Positions 49,546 to 59,865 of a stretch of 64,000 nt of DNA are shown piece by piece (within the stretch, counting starts at the first letter, position 1; each line of letters starts with the position of its first letter). Position numbers and translations under genes: made by a program. Source of the DNA: Bdellovibrionales bacterium (GTDB lineage: Bacteria; Bdellovibrionota; Bdellovibrionia; Bdellovibrionales; UBA1609); assembly GCA_965199825.1 (NCBI GenBank), contig OZ241329.1:1824001-1888000 (forward strand), in the 5' to 3' direction. The notes under the pieces are model-generated. The model ran no database searches and was not told the origin of the DNA. It saw nothing but the letters and a program-made list of their open reading frames with translations.

Positions 49546-51918
49546 ATGATTTTAATTTTTTGTTTTCTACTCAATATCGCAGTGGGTGCCGATTTTTTTG
49601 AAAATATCCGGCCGCTTGTCCGCCAAAATAAAGTGGATGATGTTTTAATTAATTTAAAAGACGAATCAAAACTTCAAGGTGATGATTTAGCCCTGGGAAT
49701 CTTTTTAAAAGCCCGCATGTTTTATTTGAAAGGCCAATTGCAAGAGGCCTTACGGTTATTTGAGCGCGCCCAAGCCGATAAGAATTTTCGCCTGAATGCT
49801 TTTGCTCTCAACCATATTGGACTTATTTATGCAGCCAACAAGGATTTTCAAAAGGCCAAATCGGCATTTGACTTAGGGCTCAAATATCAACCCAATCGCG
49901 ATTTGCAAAACACGATTCGGTTTGAGCTCGCTGACCTTGCAATTGAGCAAAATAAATATGATTTAGCCCTTCAGCAATTGCGTGGTTTAGAACGCCAATG
50001 GAAAAGAGATGTGCGTTACCCAGAATTATTATTTCGCGAATTAAAAGTCGAAAACTTGAAGCATCACAATGCCAAGGTCTGTAAAATCGCACGCAAATTG
50101 TATTCTGAATTTCCGAGTCATCCGCTCGTGACCAATTGGTCGATTGATTTAAGAGAATCCAAACTCGATGACAAACCTCTTGGTTGTTTGGTGGCCTCAA
50201 AGGATCAATCGCGAAGGATCCATCGATTACAATACAGTGGATTTTCGGAACGGGCCCGAAAGGAAATTGATTTCTTAAGGGCAAAAGAAAAAACGCCTTC
50301 GCCACAACTTGATTTTATGTTGGCTCAATATTTGGTGAGCGAAGGTTTGGTCGACGAAGCTTTAAAACTTCTTTTAAAACGTTACGACACACAGAAAAAT
50401 AATTTTGCTTTTTTGGTTTTGCTGGCTCGAGCGGCAGCCCGAGCGGGGGAATATGAGACCGCGGTGGGTGCTTACTACAAGGCTTCAAAAATTGCGGGCA
50501 GTTCAAAAGCTGGCCGCGAGGCTTTATTTCAAGCCGCATTTTTGAGTTATCAATTTCAAGATTATGATGGCTCGGCTCGAAAGTTTGATGAATTTTTAAA
50601 AAAATATTCTCGATCGGGTTTAAAGCGAGATGCTCTCTGGCATTTGGCTTGGATTCGTTATTTAAAAGGCGATTACGAGGGGGCCTTGCGCGGGTTTGAT
50701 CTCGTACAAACCCAAATGCCCAAAAGCCGTAAAAGATCTGCAAACAAAAAACCGACTCAGCTTTTGCCCGATCGGATTCGGTATTGGAAGGCGATGTCGC
50801 TATTGCGGCTTGAAAGATTTAGCGAAGCCCAAGTTCTATTTCAAAACCTGGTTAACGACAGGGGTTTGAGTTTTTACTCTCAGAGTGCCGCCTATCGATT
50901 AGCCGAAATTCAGCCCAAAAATGAGCCGCAGCATTTACCAAACGAGCAGGCGCTCACTTTGCCTCAACCCCAAGTATCGCAAGAAATCGAAACCGACCAA
51001 GCCGAGGAATCTGAAGAAACTTTATCGATCACAAAAGATGATGCGATCGTGCCGCCCTCTGAGCCTGGGGATGATTCAGACCAAACTGAAGATGCCAAAC
51101 CCGAGCCCACTTTGTTTCGCAGCATGCAGCTCAACGCGGTGTTTGCTCGAGCTCAAGATTTAATTCGCTTAGGGCTTTATGACTGGGCCAGAGCCGAGCT
51201 TTATGAGATCGAAACCCGCACCCGAAATAAATCTCAACTTCAAAGTCTGATTGGGCTTTATGAAAAAATTGATTCCTTTAATCGGTCATCAACTATTGCC
51301 GATTTGGCCTTTGTCTCTGAACGTTTGCGCGACGGTATTGATAAGGGCAAAACATTGTGGGCCCAAGCTTATCCTGAGGCCTTTAAAAATATGGTGGAGG
51401 CTTCGGCCAAAAGCTATTCAATTCCTACAGAATATGTTTGGTCGATTATGCGGGCCGAAAGTCAGTACAAGTTCGACGTGGTCTCTGCGGTGGGGGCCAA
51501 AGGTTTAATGCAGCTCATGCCCAACACCGGATTTCAACTGTCAAAAATTTTGAATGAAAAAGATTTTGCCGAGGCCAGACTTTTTGACCCTGAATACAAT
51601 ATTCGCTTAGGCACCAAATACCTCTCACGACTTGGATCTAAGTTTGAAAATTCTTTGCCGCTGATTGCCGCAGCTTACAATGCGGGCCCTCATCGTGTAG
51701 AAAACTGGCTAAAGAGTTTTGGAACCCTAGATATGGATGAATTCATCGAACACATTCCCTTTGTCGAAACCCGCGATTATGCCAAAAAGGTTGTGCGCAA
51801 TTATGGCATTTACTTAAGGATTTATCGTGGTGATAGCCAAGGACTCAAATGGTTATCCAAACCGATCAACGTCAAACCGCCGAGCAAGGCGTCCTCGCGC
51901 GAATCGTGGGAGATATAA
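49546..51918 (+). CDS. TPR-containing soluble lytic murein transglycosylase
   Basis: TPR repeats; IMRAES, GAKGLMQLMP, AAYNAGP, IPFVETRDY. Confidence 0.92.
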   Translation: MILIFCFLLNIAVGADFFENIRPLVRQNKVDDVLINLKDESKLQGDDLALGIFLKARMFYLKGQLQEALRLFERAQADKNFRLNAFALNHIGLIYAANKDFQKAKSAFDLGLKYQPNRDLQNTIRFELADLAIEQNKYDLALQQLRGLERQWKRDVRYPELLFRELKVENLKHHNAKVCKIARKLYSEFPSHPLVTNWSIDLRESKLDDKPLGCLVASKDQSRRIHRLQYSGFSERARKEIDFLRAKEKTPSPQLDFMLAQYLVSEGLVDEALKLLLKRYDTQKNNFAFLVLLARAAARAGEYETAVGAYYKASKIAGSSKAGREALFQAAFLSYQFQDYDGSARKFDEFLKKYSRSGLKRDALWHLAWIRYLKGDYEGALRGFDLVQTQMPKSRKRSANKKPTQLLPDRIRYWKAMSLLRLERFSEAQVLFQNLVNDRGLSFYSQSAAYRLAEIQPKNEPQHLPNEQALTLPQPQVSQEIETDQAEESEETLSITKDDAIVPPSEPGDDSDQTEDAKPEPTLFRSMQLNAVFARAQDLIRLGLYDWARAELYEIETRTRNKSQLQSLIGLYEKIDSFNRSSTIADLAFVSERLRDGIDKGKTLWAQAYPEAFKNMVEASAKSYSIPTEYVWSIMRAESQYKFDVVSAVGAKGLMQLMPNTGFQLSKILNEKDFAEARLFDPEYNIRLGTKYLSRLGSKFENSLPLIAAAYNAGPHRVENWLKSFGTLDMDEFIEHIPFVETRDYAKKVVRNYGIYLRIYRGDSQGLKWLSKPINVKPPSKASSRESWEI

Positions 51919-51922
51919 AGAA

Positions 51923-53491
51923 TTGAAGTTGGTTTTTTTGGTGGCCGTTGCATTCGCAATGCTGACGTGCACACGAACAACTCATGTGGTGCTCGATGAG
52001 TCCCGCACCTTAAGATTCAATGCCAATGTTGAGCCCCCCACTCTCGATTGGACCAAGTGCATTGATGTCGCCTCTGCTCTCATCATCCATAATATGATGG
52101 ATGGGCTTTTGAAATTTGATTTCTCAAAACCACAAATTGGAGTCCTACCTGGCCTTGCCGAATCATGGTCAAGTCCTGATGGACGTGTTTGGACCTTTCG
52201 TCTCAAAAAAAATATTATGTGGTCTGACAATGTTCTTCTGACACCACAGCATGTGCTCGATGGTTTTGAAAGGCTGCTCAATCCAAAGACAGCGGCTCCT
52301 TATGCTTACACACTTTATGATGTCAAAAATGCCAAAGCTTTTAACGTCGGGACTCTCAAAGATTTTTCCAAAGTGGGCGTGCGCATATTAGGGCAGGATT
52401 TGATTGTCGAACTCGAGCATCCCAAAAGTTATTTTCCGATGATGATGACGCACACATCCACCTATCCGGTAAGAAAAGATCTGATCAACAAATACGGTGA
52501 GCGATGGACTGATCCCGAACACATCGCGGTCTTAGGACCTTTTAAATTAAAAACCTGGGAGCATGACAACAGCATTTTGCTTGAGCGAAACCGCACTTAC
52601 TACGGCACAAAACCAAAACTCGAAAATATCTTATTTTATCTGATTAACGACAGTGCAACCGCGATCAATCTGTTTGATGTGGGAAAGCTTGATGGTCTTT
52701 ACCGTTTGCAATCTCGAGATGTGCTGACCTTAAAGAAAAAAAAAGAATACAAGCACGGCGGCCTGCTTAATATTTTGTATTACGGATTTAATGTCAAAGT
52801 CGTGCCTACGAATAATCTTAAAGTTCGTCGGGCGATTGCTATGAGTATCAATAAAAAACAAATCACCGATATGCTCGCCAATGGAGATATTCCGATGACG
52901 AGTTGGCTTCCACCTGGCATGCCTGGATACGAGCCCGAGGTCGGCCTAAAGTTTGACCCGGTTCAAGCCAAAGCCTTATTGGATGAGGCGGGATACAAAG
53001 ATCGCACTCAATTTCCAAAACTTTATTTAAGCTTTAATACCAATGAGGATCATCAGCGAGTGGCTGAGAATATTCAGTCGCAGCTCAAAGAAAATTTGAA
53101 TATCGAAGTCGAATTAAAAAATGAAGAATGGAAAACATATCTCAGTGGGCTAAAACACAATGCCACGCCACTTTTTCGGATGGGATGGCAGGGAGATTTT
53201 CCAGATCCCGATAATTTTTTAACTAGTCTGCTTTCTTATTCCGAAAACAATATGATGGGATGGGTGAACGTTGAGTTTGATCGTTTGATCGAATCGGCCG
53301 CAGTCGAGAGGGACCCTCAGTCTCGACTTGAACTCTATAGAAAAGCCCAAAAAATATTAACCGAGCAAGATGTGGCTCTCATTCCACTTTATTCCCAATC
53401 GGGACAATACTTGGTCAGTGAGCGGGTTAAAAACTTTCCGATCAATGCCATCGAAAATTTAAGATTTGATCAGGTTGAGTTGACCAAATGA
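51923..53491 (+). CDS. oppA: oligopeptide ABC transporter substrate-binding lipoprotein
   Basis: Likely TTG at 51923 (GGGAGA RBS, MLTC lipobox); EPPTLD, PGLAESW, GWQGDFPDP. Confidence 0.9.
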   Translation: MKLVFLVAVAFAMLTCTRTTHVVLDESRTLRFNANVEPPTLDWTKCIDVASALIIHNMMDGLLKFDFSKPQIGVLPGLAESWSSPDGRVWTFRLKKNIMWSDNVLLTPQHVLDGFERLLNPKTAAPYAYTLYDVKNAKAFNVGTLKDFSKVGVRILGQDLIVELEHPKSYFPMMMTHTSTYPVRKDLINKYGERWTDPEHIAVLGPFKLKTWEHDNSILLERNRTYYGTKPKLENILFYLINDSATAINLFDVGKLDGLYRLQSRDVLTLKKKKEYKHGGLLNILYYGFNVKVVPTNNLKVRRAIAMSINKKQITDMLANGDIPMTSWLPPGMPGYEPEVGLKFDPVQAKALLDEAGYKDRTQFPKLYLSFNTNEDHQRVAENIQSQLKENLNIEVELKNEEWKTYLSGLKHNATPLFRMGWQGDFPDPDNFLTSLLSYSENNMMGWVNVEFDRLIESAAVERDPQSRLELYRKAQKILTEQDVALIPLYSQSGQYLVSERVKNFPINAIENLRFDQVELTK

Positions 53492-54543
53492 TTTTAGCGT
53501 TAAGCGTAAGTTGGATTTTATGTATTGTGATGCAGTTTTTCAATGTGCCTTTTCCGTTGATCTGGTGGTGGATCAATTTTGGTCTTAGTTTTTTGGGATT
53601 TTTGTATGTGTGCTTTCAACGGGGACTTGGACTTTATCTTTTTAAACGAACGATTGGCGCTCTTGTCGCGATTGCGGTGATTGCCACAATAACATTTTTG
53701 TTATTACGAATTATCCCTGGCGGGCCGTTTGATACCGATAAGGCTCTCCCACCAGAGATCAAGGCGAGTATCGAATCCCATTACCATCTTGATTTGCCTA
53801 TCTATAAACAATATTTGATTTATATCACCGGTTTGCTCCACGGAGATTTAGGCGAGAGTTATAAATATATTGGCCGCAATGTTTCAGAAATTATAGCAGA
53901 GACCTTGCCCATCTCGTTAGAGCTTGGAATTTATTCGCTGCTATTATCTTTTTCGATTGGCATTCCGCTGGGGCTTCTGGCGGCGGCGAAACATAATACT
54001 TTTACCGATCATCTGTTGATGACCTTTGCCATTTGTGGAGTGAGTCTCCCTAGTTTTTTGGTCGCACCCTTATTGATTTTGTTTTTTTGCTTTTTTCTCC
54101 ACTGGTTTGAGCCCGCATTGTGGGAGGGGCCAACCTCATATGTGTTACCGGTAGTGGTACTCGCCACGCGATCGATGGCCTTGGTGGCAAGACTCACACG
54201 TTCAACTGTGCTCGACGTGATTCGCGCAGATTATATCCGAACCGCGCGTTCAAAGGGTTTATCTGAATTTCAAATTTTATTTAAACATGTTTTAAAAAAT
54301 TCGATTTTGCCCGTGCTCACTTATAGCGGACCACTGGCCGCGGAAATATTATCGGGTGCCTTTGTGGTTGAGCAGATTTTTGCAATTCCGGGCCTTGGTA
54401 AACACATGGTGCTTTCTGTGAGCAATCGAGATTATCCGATGGTGCTCGCCACAACCCTTTTATTTTCGGTGATGCTGATCACCGCAAATCTAATAGTGGA
54501 TTTGCTCTACTCTTATTTTGATCCGCGGATTGAACTTCAATGA
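53488..54543 (+). CDS. oppB: oligopeptide ABC transporter permease
   Basis: PGGPF, DYIRTARSKGL, VEQIFAIPGLG, NRDYP, DPRI. Confidence 0.92.
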   Translation: MILALSVSWILCIVMQFFNVPFPLIWWWINFGLSFLGFLYVCFQRGLGLYLFKRTIGALVAIAVIATITFLLLRIIPGGPFDTDKALPPEIKASIESHYHLDLPIYKQYLIYITGLLHGDLGESYKYIGRNVSEIIAETLPISLELGIYSLLLSFSIGIPLGLLAAAKHNTFTDHLLMTFAICGVSLPSFLVAPLLILFFCFFLHWFEPALWEGPTSYVLPVVVLATRSMALVARLTRSTVLDVIRADYIRTARSKGLSEFQILFKHVLKNSILPVLTYSGPLAAEILSGAFVVEQIFAIPGLGKHMVLSVSNRDYPMVLATTLLFSVMLITANLIVDLLYSYFDPRIELQ

Positions 54544-55397
54544 ATGATCCAGTTTTGAGATTTAAAAAAAATAGGCTTGCTGTTTTTTGTTTGAGCTATG
54601 TGGTGTTGATGTGTCTGATCGCCCTGTTTGCTCCGCTCTTGTCGCCCTATCCATTTGATCTTCAAAATATGGGCGAGATTTTATCTTCTCCCAATTCAAA
54701 ACATTGGCTGGGCACCGATGCCTTAGGCCGAGATATGCTGTCGCGTTTGATTTATGGCGCGCGGATGTCGATGTCTGTGGGTGTGATGACCGCCTTTCTT
54801 TCACTCCTTATCGGAACAACTTACGGGGCTTTGGCAGGCTGGTCGGGCGGGTTTATAGACAATGTGATGATGAGAATTTTGGATATTTTGATTTCAATCC
54901 CAACCCTCGTACTTTTGATCCTGGTTAAAATATTTTTTGATGCCTCAAACCTCATTCAAAATGCAGAACTCAAAGCCCTCTCAGGAATTTTACTCGCCCT
55001 TTCACTTGTGAGTTGGGTGACTTTGGCTCGTGTGGTGCGGGGTCAAGTGCTTCAAGTTAAACAAATGGCGTTTATCGAGGCTGCTCGAGCGCTCGGTGCG
55101 AGTTCTTTAACTATTGTTCTTAAACATATTTTGCCCAATATTTTAGGTCCAATGATTGTGCTTTTAACATTTCAAATTCCGGCAAATATTTTGTTTGAAA
55201 GTTTTTTGAGTTTTATCGGACTTGGGCTTCAACCCCCATATTCGAGTTGGGGAGTGCTTGCTAACGAAGGTTGGCGCAGTTTGCGCTCTTATCCTCACCT
55301 GATGATCTCTCCAGGACTTGCGCTATTTTTTGCGATGCTCGCTTTTAATTTTTTGGGCGATGGGTTGCGCGATGCCTTTGATGCTAAGATGAAGTGA
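54540..55397 (+). CDS. oppC: oligopeptide ABC transporter permease
   Basis: HWLGTDALGRD, EAARALG, ESFLSFIGLG, GDGLRDAFD. Confidence 0.92.
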   Translation: MNDPVLRFKKNRLAVFCLSYVVLMCLIALFAPLLSPYPFDLQNMGEILSSPNSKHWLGTDALGRDMLSRLIYGARMSMSVGVMTAFLSLLIGTTYGALAGWSGGFIDNVMMRILDILISIPTLVLLILVKIFFDASNLIQNAELKALSGILLALSLVSWVTLARVVRGQVLQVKQMAFIEAARALGASSLTIVLKHILPNILGPMIVLLTFQIPANILFESFLSFIGLGLQPPYSSWGVLANEGWRSLRSYPHLMISPGLALFFAMLAFNFLGDGLRDAFDAKMK

Positions 55398-56370
55398 GCA
55401 ATTCTTTTTGCAGTGCAAACGATAGCAAAAAAGGATCTTTGATTTGGCGTTCACCAAAATCTTCTTTTGATTTTATTCCTTTCCATCGCTGCTCAATCAA
55501 AACTTGGGCGGTCGCACCACCGAGGCTTGAACCTGGCCCCAGCATCACCAAATGATCGGGTGCAAATTCTTTAACCGCAACCTCGATCGCCTTTGAGTAA
55601 TTGTAAACTTCAACCACCTGGTGGCCAAAGGTGTACTCATAAAGATCTTGTGCTTCGGTTGAAAAGGGCTGCCAAATTTTTCCGCGTCCATCGATCAAAG
55701 GAATCTTTGGTGGAGTAAATAAATCTTGATTTAGAGTCTCAAAAGCTCTTTGAGATATGGGCGCCATCAATGGGGTGTGAAAGGCCGCGTGATTGATCAG
55801 TTGAAATGGAAATCGATCGCGACGTGGCAGCCGCTTTAAAACTTCGCTCACCGATTCGCAACCAAAAACCAAATAGCCACCAAGTTTGATCGATAGAAAT
55901 GTGTTTGGAATATCAAGTGCACTCAAGGCTTCTGCGTGGAGTGGGGGCGAGGGTGTCCAATCGTCATTGCAAATTTGGGTGATCACTTGCGAGCCTAAGA
56001 GTTTTTCTTTCATCATCGCGCCCATGGTTTGGATCACCTCAAAACCATTTTCGAAACTCACAGCTCCGGCTAGAGCTAAAGCGGTGTACCAGCCCATTGA
56101 ATTTCCGGTGATCGCCACGATCTCAAAATTTTTTAATTTTTTAAAATCTTGGACCGAGCTTGCATAAATTAAGGGCGATGCATGTTCACCCTTGGTGTGG
56201 AGCGAGTTTTGAAATGACGAAGCCTGATCCATTTCGCTTAAAGTTGGAAAACCAAGTTCACTGCGGCGTTGATCACAGTACTCAAGGAGACTTGAAGTCT
56301 CGAGCTGACCCATTGTTTCTTTGGTGTACGTGCCGCGACCAGGACACACCACCACCACTCGTTTTTTCAT
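55384..56370 (-). CDS. FabD-like (ACP S-malonyltransferase-fold) acyltransferase
   Basis: CPGRG, TGNSMGWY nucleophile elbow, HAAFHT. Confidence 0.85.
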   Translation of the reverse strand: MKKRVVVVCPGRGTYTKETMGQLETSSLLEYCDQRRSELGFPTLSEMDQASSFQNSLHTKGEHASPLIYASSVQDFKKLKNFEIVAITGNSMGWYTALALAGAVSFENGFEVIQTMGAMMKEKLLGSQVITQICNDDWTPSPPLHAEALSALDIPNTFLSIKLGGYLVFGCESVSEVLKRLPRRDRFPFQLINHAAFHTPLMAPISQRAFETLNQDLFTPPKIPLIDGRGKIWQPFSTEAQDLYEYTFGHQVVEVYNYSKAIEVAVKEFAPDHLVMLGPGSSLGGATAQVLIEQRWKGIKSKEDFGERQIKDPFLLSFALQKELLTSS

Positions 56371-58526
56371 GACTCAACCAATTCTTTTGCTGCCAGAACA
56401 ATGTCGGATGTTTGTGGCAGACCCGAGACCGCAGCAGCTCCTAATGGAATAAAACAATCAAGGCCTGCCAAGACTTGTATGCGCGGTGGATTTTTTATTT
56501 TCTCGATGATCATTGCAACCAGTCCCTCGCTCAAAGATCCGGTCTGACGGCATTCATCCACAATCAAAATCGATTTGTATTTTGAAATTTCCTGAATCAA
56601 TTGCTGTTTAGGTAAAGGATGAAGCCATCGTAAATCCAAGACGGCCGCATCGATTCGATGTTGGTCCTTTAATATTTTTTGGGCTTGCAGCGAGAGATAG
56701 GTTCCATTGCCATAAGTTAAAATCAAAATAGAATCGGTCTCGCCATAAACACGAAATTCTACAAGGCGAATTTCGCCACTCAGCGGAAAACTAAAAGACC
56801 ACGCCTTATCTCCAGAGCGATGAAGGTCGCGTGTCATGTAAAGAGCGATCGGTTCGATAAAAACAATCACTCGGCCTTTTTCCCAAGCAAGCTCAGCGCA
56901 CGCGCGAAGCATTTGGACCGCATCGTCTCCTCGCGAGGGAACCGCAACAATGATTCCCGGTATATCGCGAAACACACTGAGCGAATTGTCGTTGTGAAAA
57001 TGACCACCAAAACCTTTTTGATAGGGCAATCCGGCGATTCGTAAGATCATCGGATTCACAAACTGACCTTTAGAAAAAAAAGCGAGGGTCGCAGCCTCAC
57101 CACGAATTTGATCTTCGGCATTATGGACATAAGCCAAAAACTGAATTTCTGGAATCGGCAAAAATCCATTGTGGGCTAAACCAATCGCTGTTCCCAAAAT
57201 TGACTGCTCATCGAGTGGAGAATTAAAAACCCGACGTGCCCCAAATTTTTTGTAAAGCCCATCGGTCACATTGTAAACGCCGCCTTTTTGGGCCACGTCT
57301 TCACCAAAGATCAAGCTTTGAGGATAGCGATCAAGAATTTCTGCTAAACCAAAATTTATTAATTTCGCCATATGAAGTGGCGCATGGGGCACTTCAAGGG
57401 ATTTAAAGTCAGGCGACTTTCTTGGGAAAGCACAAGCAGTGATGGTGCTTGCAACATCCATCGGATCATCCAGTGGTTCGCGCGTGAGGGCCTCGTGTGC
57501 GACCGCAATCACTCGAGCACGCACCGACTGATAAAGATCAATGATTTGGGTTTGTGATAAAAAGTTCTGTTCGACACAAATTCTGGCCGAATGGAGAAGC
57601 GGATCTTGAAATTCATTTTCTTCCATCTGCTTTAAACTCAAATAGTTTGTTTCCATATCCGAGCCGGCATGACCCATAAGCCGAACAGTTTTGATATGCA
57701 AAAAAACGGGCTGCTGTTTTTTAACCGCAAGACTGCGAGCCAATACCGATTTTTGATAAACATCAGAGAGATTGAGCCCATCACATTTCAAATAATTAAA
57801 ATGGGGACGCTGAGAAAAATTTTTTTCGATCCAATCCGAACTTGTGGGAACCGAAATCCCGATTCCATTATCCTCACACACAAACACAATCGGTAATCCA
57901 ATTTTTTGATCCGCAATCAGTGATGCGGTATTAAAAGCACCTTGAGCGGTGGAGTGATTGCTCGAAGCATCTCCAAATGAGCACACGACTACACCATCGT
58001 CTGGAATCACGGTGGTTTTAATTTTTAAATATCGGGCGCGTGAAATTGAAAATGCTGTGCCCACGGCCTTTGGCAAGTGAGACGCAATGGTCGACGTCTG
58101 CGGCGGCACGTTGAGTTCAAAACTGCCAAACACCTTGTGCCTGCCACCTGAGATCGGATCTTCGCGTGAAGCCAAAAATGAAAGCCATGTATCATAAAGT
58201 GGTGTGGTGCCAGGCAATTGTTTTGCTCGCTGAAGCATAAAGGCGCCGCTGCGATAATGCAAAAAGGCCATGTCTGTAATTTTAAAAGCTAAGCCAACCG
58301 CGGCGTTGCCCTCGTGACCCGAACTTCCGATGGTGTAGTAACACTTGTTTTCATTTTTTAAGATACGCGCATACAAATCCAGATGCCGTGATTGAATTTG
58401 GGTTTCAAACAAATCAACAAATTCAGTTTTTGTCAGTCCTGAGTATGGGCTTAAGGCCTGAGGAAAGCTTCCTTCGTTCACATGCTTTAAAAAATTCTGA
58501 TCGATCACTTCTGCGCGGTTGAACAT
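56367..58526 (-). CDS. fused E1 alpha/beta thiamine-diphosphate-dependent 2-oxoacid dehydrogenase
   Basis: YTIGSSGHEG, HYRSG, FGDAS..N, CEDNGIGISV, GHAGSD; beta part FGEDVAQKGGV, LDEQSILG, EIQFLAY, GGHFHND. Confidence 0.92.
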   Translation of the reverse strand: MFNRAEVIDQNFLKHVNEGSFPQALSPYSGLTKTEFVDLFETQIQSRHLDLYARILKNENKCYYTIGSSGHEGNAAVGLAFKITDMAFLHYRSGAFMLQRAKQLPGTTPLYDTWLSFLASREDPISGGRHKVFGSFELNVPPQTSTIASHLPKAVGTAFSISRARYLKIKTTVIPDDGVVVCSFGDASSNHSTAQGAFNTASLIADQKIGLPIVFVCEDNGIGISVPTSSDWIEKNFSQRPHFNYLKCDGLNLSDVYQKSVLARSLAVKKQQPVFLHIKTVRLMGHAGSDMETNYLSLKQMEENEFQDPLLHSARICVEQNFLSQTQIIDLYQSVRARVIAVAHEALTREPLDDPMDVASTITACAFPRKSPDFKSLEVPHAPLHMAKLINFGLAEILDRYPQSLIFGEDVAQKGGVYNVTDGLYKKFGARRVFNSPLDEQSILGTAIGLAHNGFLPIPEIQFLAYVHNAEDQIRGEAATLAFFSKGQFVNPMILRIAGLPYQKGFGGHFHNDNSLSVFRDIPGIIVAVPSRGDDAVQMLRACAELAWEKGRVIVFIEPIALYMTRDLHRSGDKAWSFSFPLSGEIRLVEFRVYGETDSILILTYGNGTYLSLQAQKILKDQHRIDAAVLDLRWLHPLPKQQLIQEISKYKSILIVDECRQTGSLSEGLVAMIIEKIKNPPRIQVLAGLDCFIPLGAAAVSGLPQTSDIVLAAKELVES

Positions 58527-58585
58527 AGATTAAAGAATGTTCTGGTGCGCTTGACCGAAAGGCAACAAAAAGGTGTGATAAAGAT

Positions 58586-59752
58586 ATGAGTCAATATGAG
58601 CATTTGAATTTTATGAATGAAGATATTCTTTTTAGCGAAGAAGAATTAATGATCCGCCAAACCGTCAGAGACTTCGTCACAAAAGAAGTTTTGCCAGTGC
58701 TTCAAGAAAGTCATCGCAAAGAGCATTTTCCATCACAGCTGATTCCGCGATTTGCCGAGATGGGTTTACTCGGATCGACCATCCAAGGTTATGGTTGTGC
58801 AGGATTAAACCATGTGGCTTATGGATTGGTGATTCAAGAGTTAGAGCGCGCCGACTCGGGCATTCGTTCCTTTTGTTCGGTTCAAGGCTCGCTTGTGATG
58901 TATCCCATTTATGCTTACGGATCCGATAAACAAAAAGAGAAGTACTTGCCCCAACTCGCTTCTGGAAAAATGATTGGATGTTTTGGCTTAACCGAACCTG
59001 ATGCCGGATCAAATCCTGGTGGCATGCTGACCAAGGCCGAAAAAGTAAAGGGTGGGTATCGCCTCAACGGAAATAAAATGTGGATCACCAATGGCTCAGT
59101 TGCCGATATCGCAATTGTTTGGGCAAAGCTTGAGGGCCGCGTGCGTGGATTTATTGTTGAAAAAGGCACAGAAGGTTTTTCGACAACACTCACAAAAGGA
59201 AAATTCTCACTTCGTGTCAGTGTGACAAGTGAACTTCATCTCAAAGATTGCATCGTGCCCGAAGAAAATATGTTGCCCAATTGCGATGGCCTCAAAGGCC
59301 CGCTCGGATGTTTGTCGCAAGCGCGATACGGTATTGCGTGGGGTGTGGTGGGTGCTGCAAACGCCTGTTATTTTGAAGCTCTCAATTACGCAAAAAATCG
59401 GGTGATCTTTGATAAGCCTTTGGCAGGATATCAGTTAGCTCAAGCGAAGTTAGTCAAGATGGTGCAAGAGATCACAAAAGGTCAGCTGCTGGCTTTGCAA
59501 ATGGGACGACTCAAAGAAAAAGGCGAACTCCAGCCTCATCATATTTCGCTCGTAAAAATGAACAACTGCCGCATGGCTTTGGATGTGGCTCGCGATGCGA
59601 GAGATCTACTCGGCGCCAATGGAATTATTGATGAGTATCCAATTATTCGTCACATGATCAATCTTGAAACTGTGAATACGTATGAAGGAACCGAAGATGT
59701 TCATCGTTTAGTTGTGGGTGGTGAGATCACGGGCTTACCGGCGTTTCGGTAG
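58586..59752 (+). CDS. gcdH: glutaryl-CoA dehydrogenase-type acyl-CoA dehydrogenase
   Basis: ELERADSGIRSFCSVQGSLVMYPI, GCFGLTEPD.GSNPG.M, ARYGIAWG, NLETVNTYEGT.DVH. Confidence 0.85.
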   Translation: MSQYEHLNFMNEDILFSEEELMIRQTVRDFVTKEVLPVLQESHRKEHFPSQLIPRFAEMGLLGSTIQGYGCAGLNHVAYGLVIQELERADSGIRSFCSVQGSLVMYPIYAYGSDKQKEKYLPQLASGKMIGCFGLTEPDAGSNPGGMLTKAEKVKGGYRLNGNKMWITNGSVADIAIVWAKLEGRVRGFIVEKGTEGFSTTLTKGKFSLRVSVTSELHLKDCIVPEENMLPNCDGLKGPLGCLSQARYGIAWGVVGAANACYFEALNYAKNRVIFDKPLAGYQLAQAKLVKMVQEITKGQLLALQMGRLKEKGELQPHHISLVKMNNCRMALDVARDARDLLGANGIIDEYPIIRHMINLETVNTYEGTEDVHRLVVGGEITGLPAFR

Positions 59753-59773
59753 GGTGGTGGGTTTTTTTTGTGT

Positions 59774-59865
59774 TGAGTGCGGGTGATCGTGCCCGCGATG
59801 TTTTGGAAGCTTAGGTTAGTGGGCGCGGCTGGGTGAGTGCGGATTCTCGTGCCCGCGATGTTTGG
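59774..59865 (+). repeat. two ~30-bp palindromic direct repeats with 60-bp period (REP-like)
   Basis: TGAGTGCGGgTgaTCGTGCCCGCGATGTTT (59774) vs TGAGTGCGGaTtcTCGTGCCCGCGATGTTT (59834), 27/30 identical; GCGG..CCGC stem. Confidence 0.85.

Noticed and set aside
59774..59865. Mini CRISPR array (30-bp repeat, 30-bp spacer)
   Set aside because: Only two imperfect units, no cas genes in the window, and the core recurs inside the neighbouring ORF, which fits a REP-like repeat better
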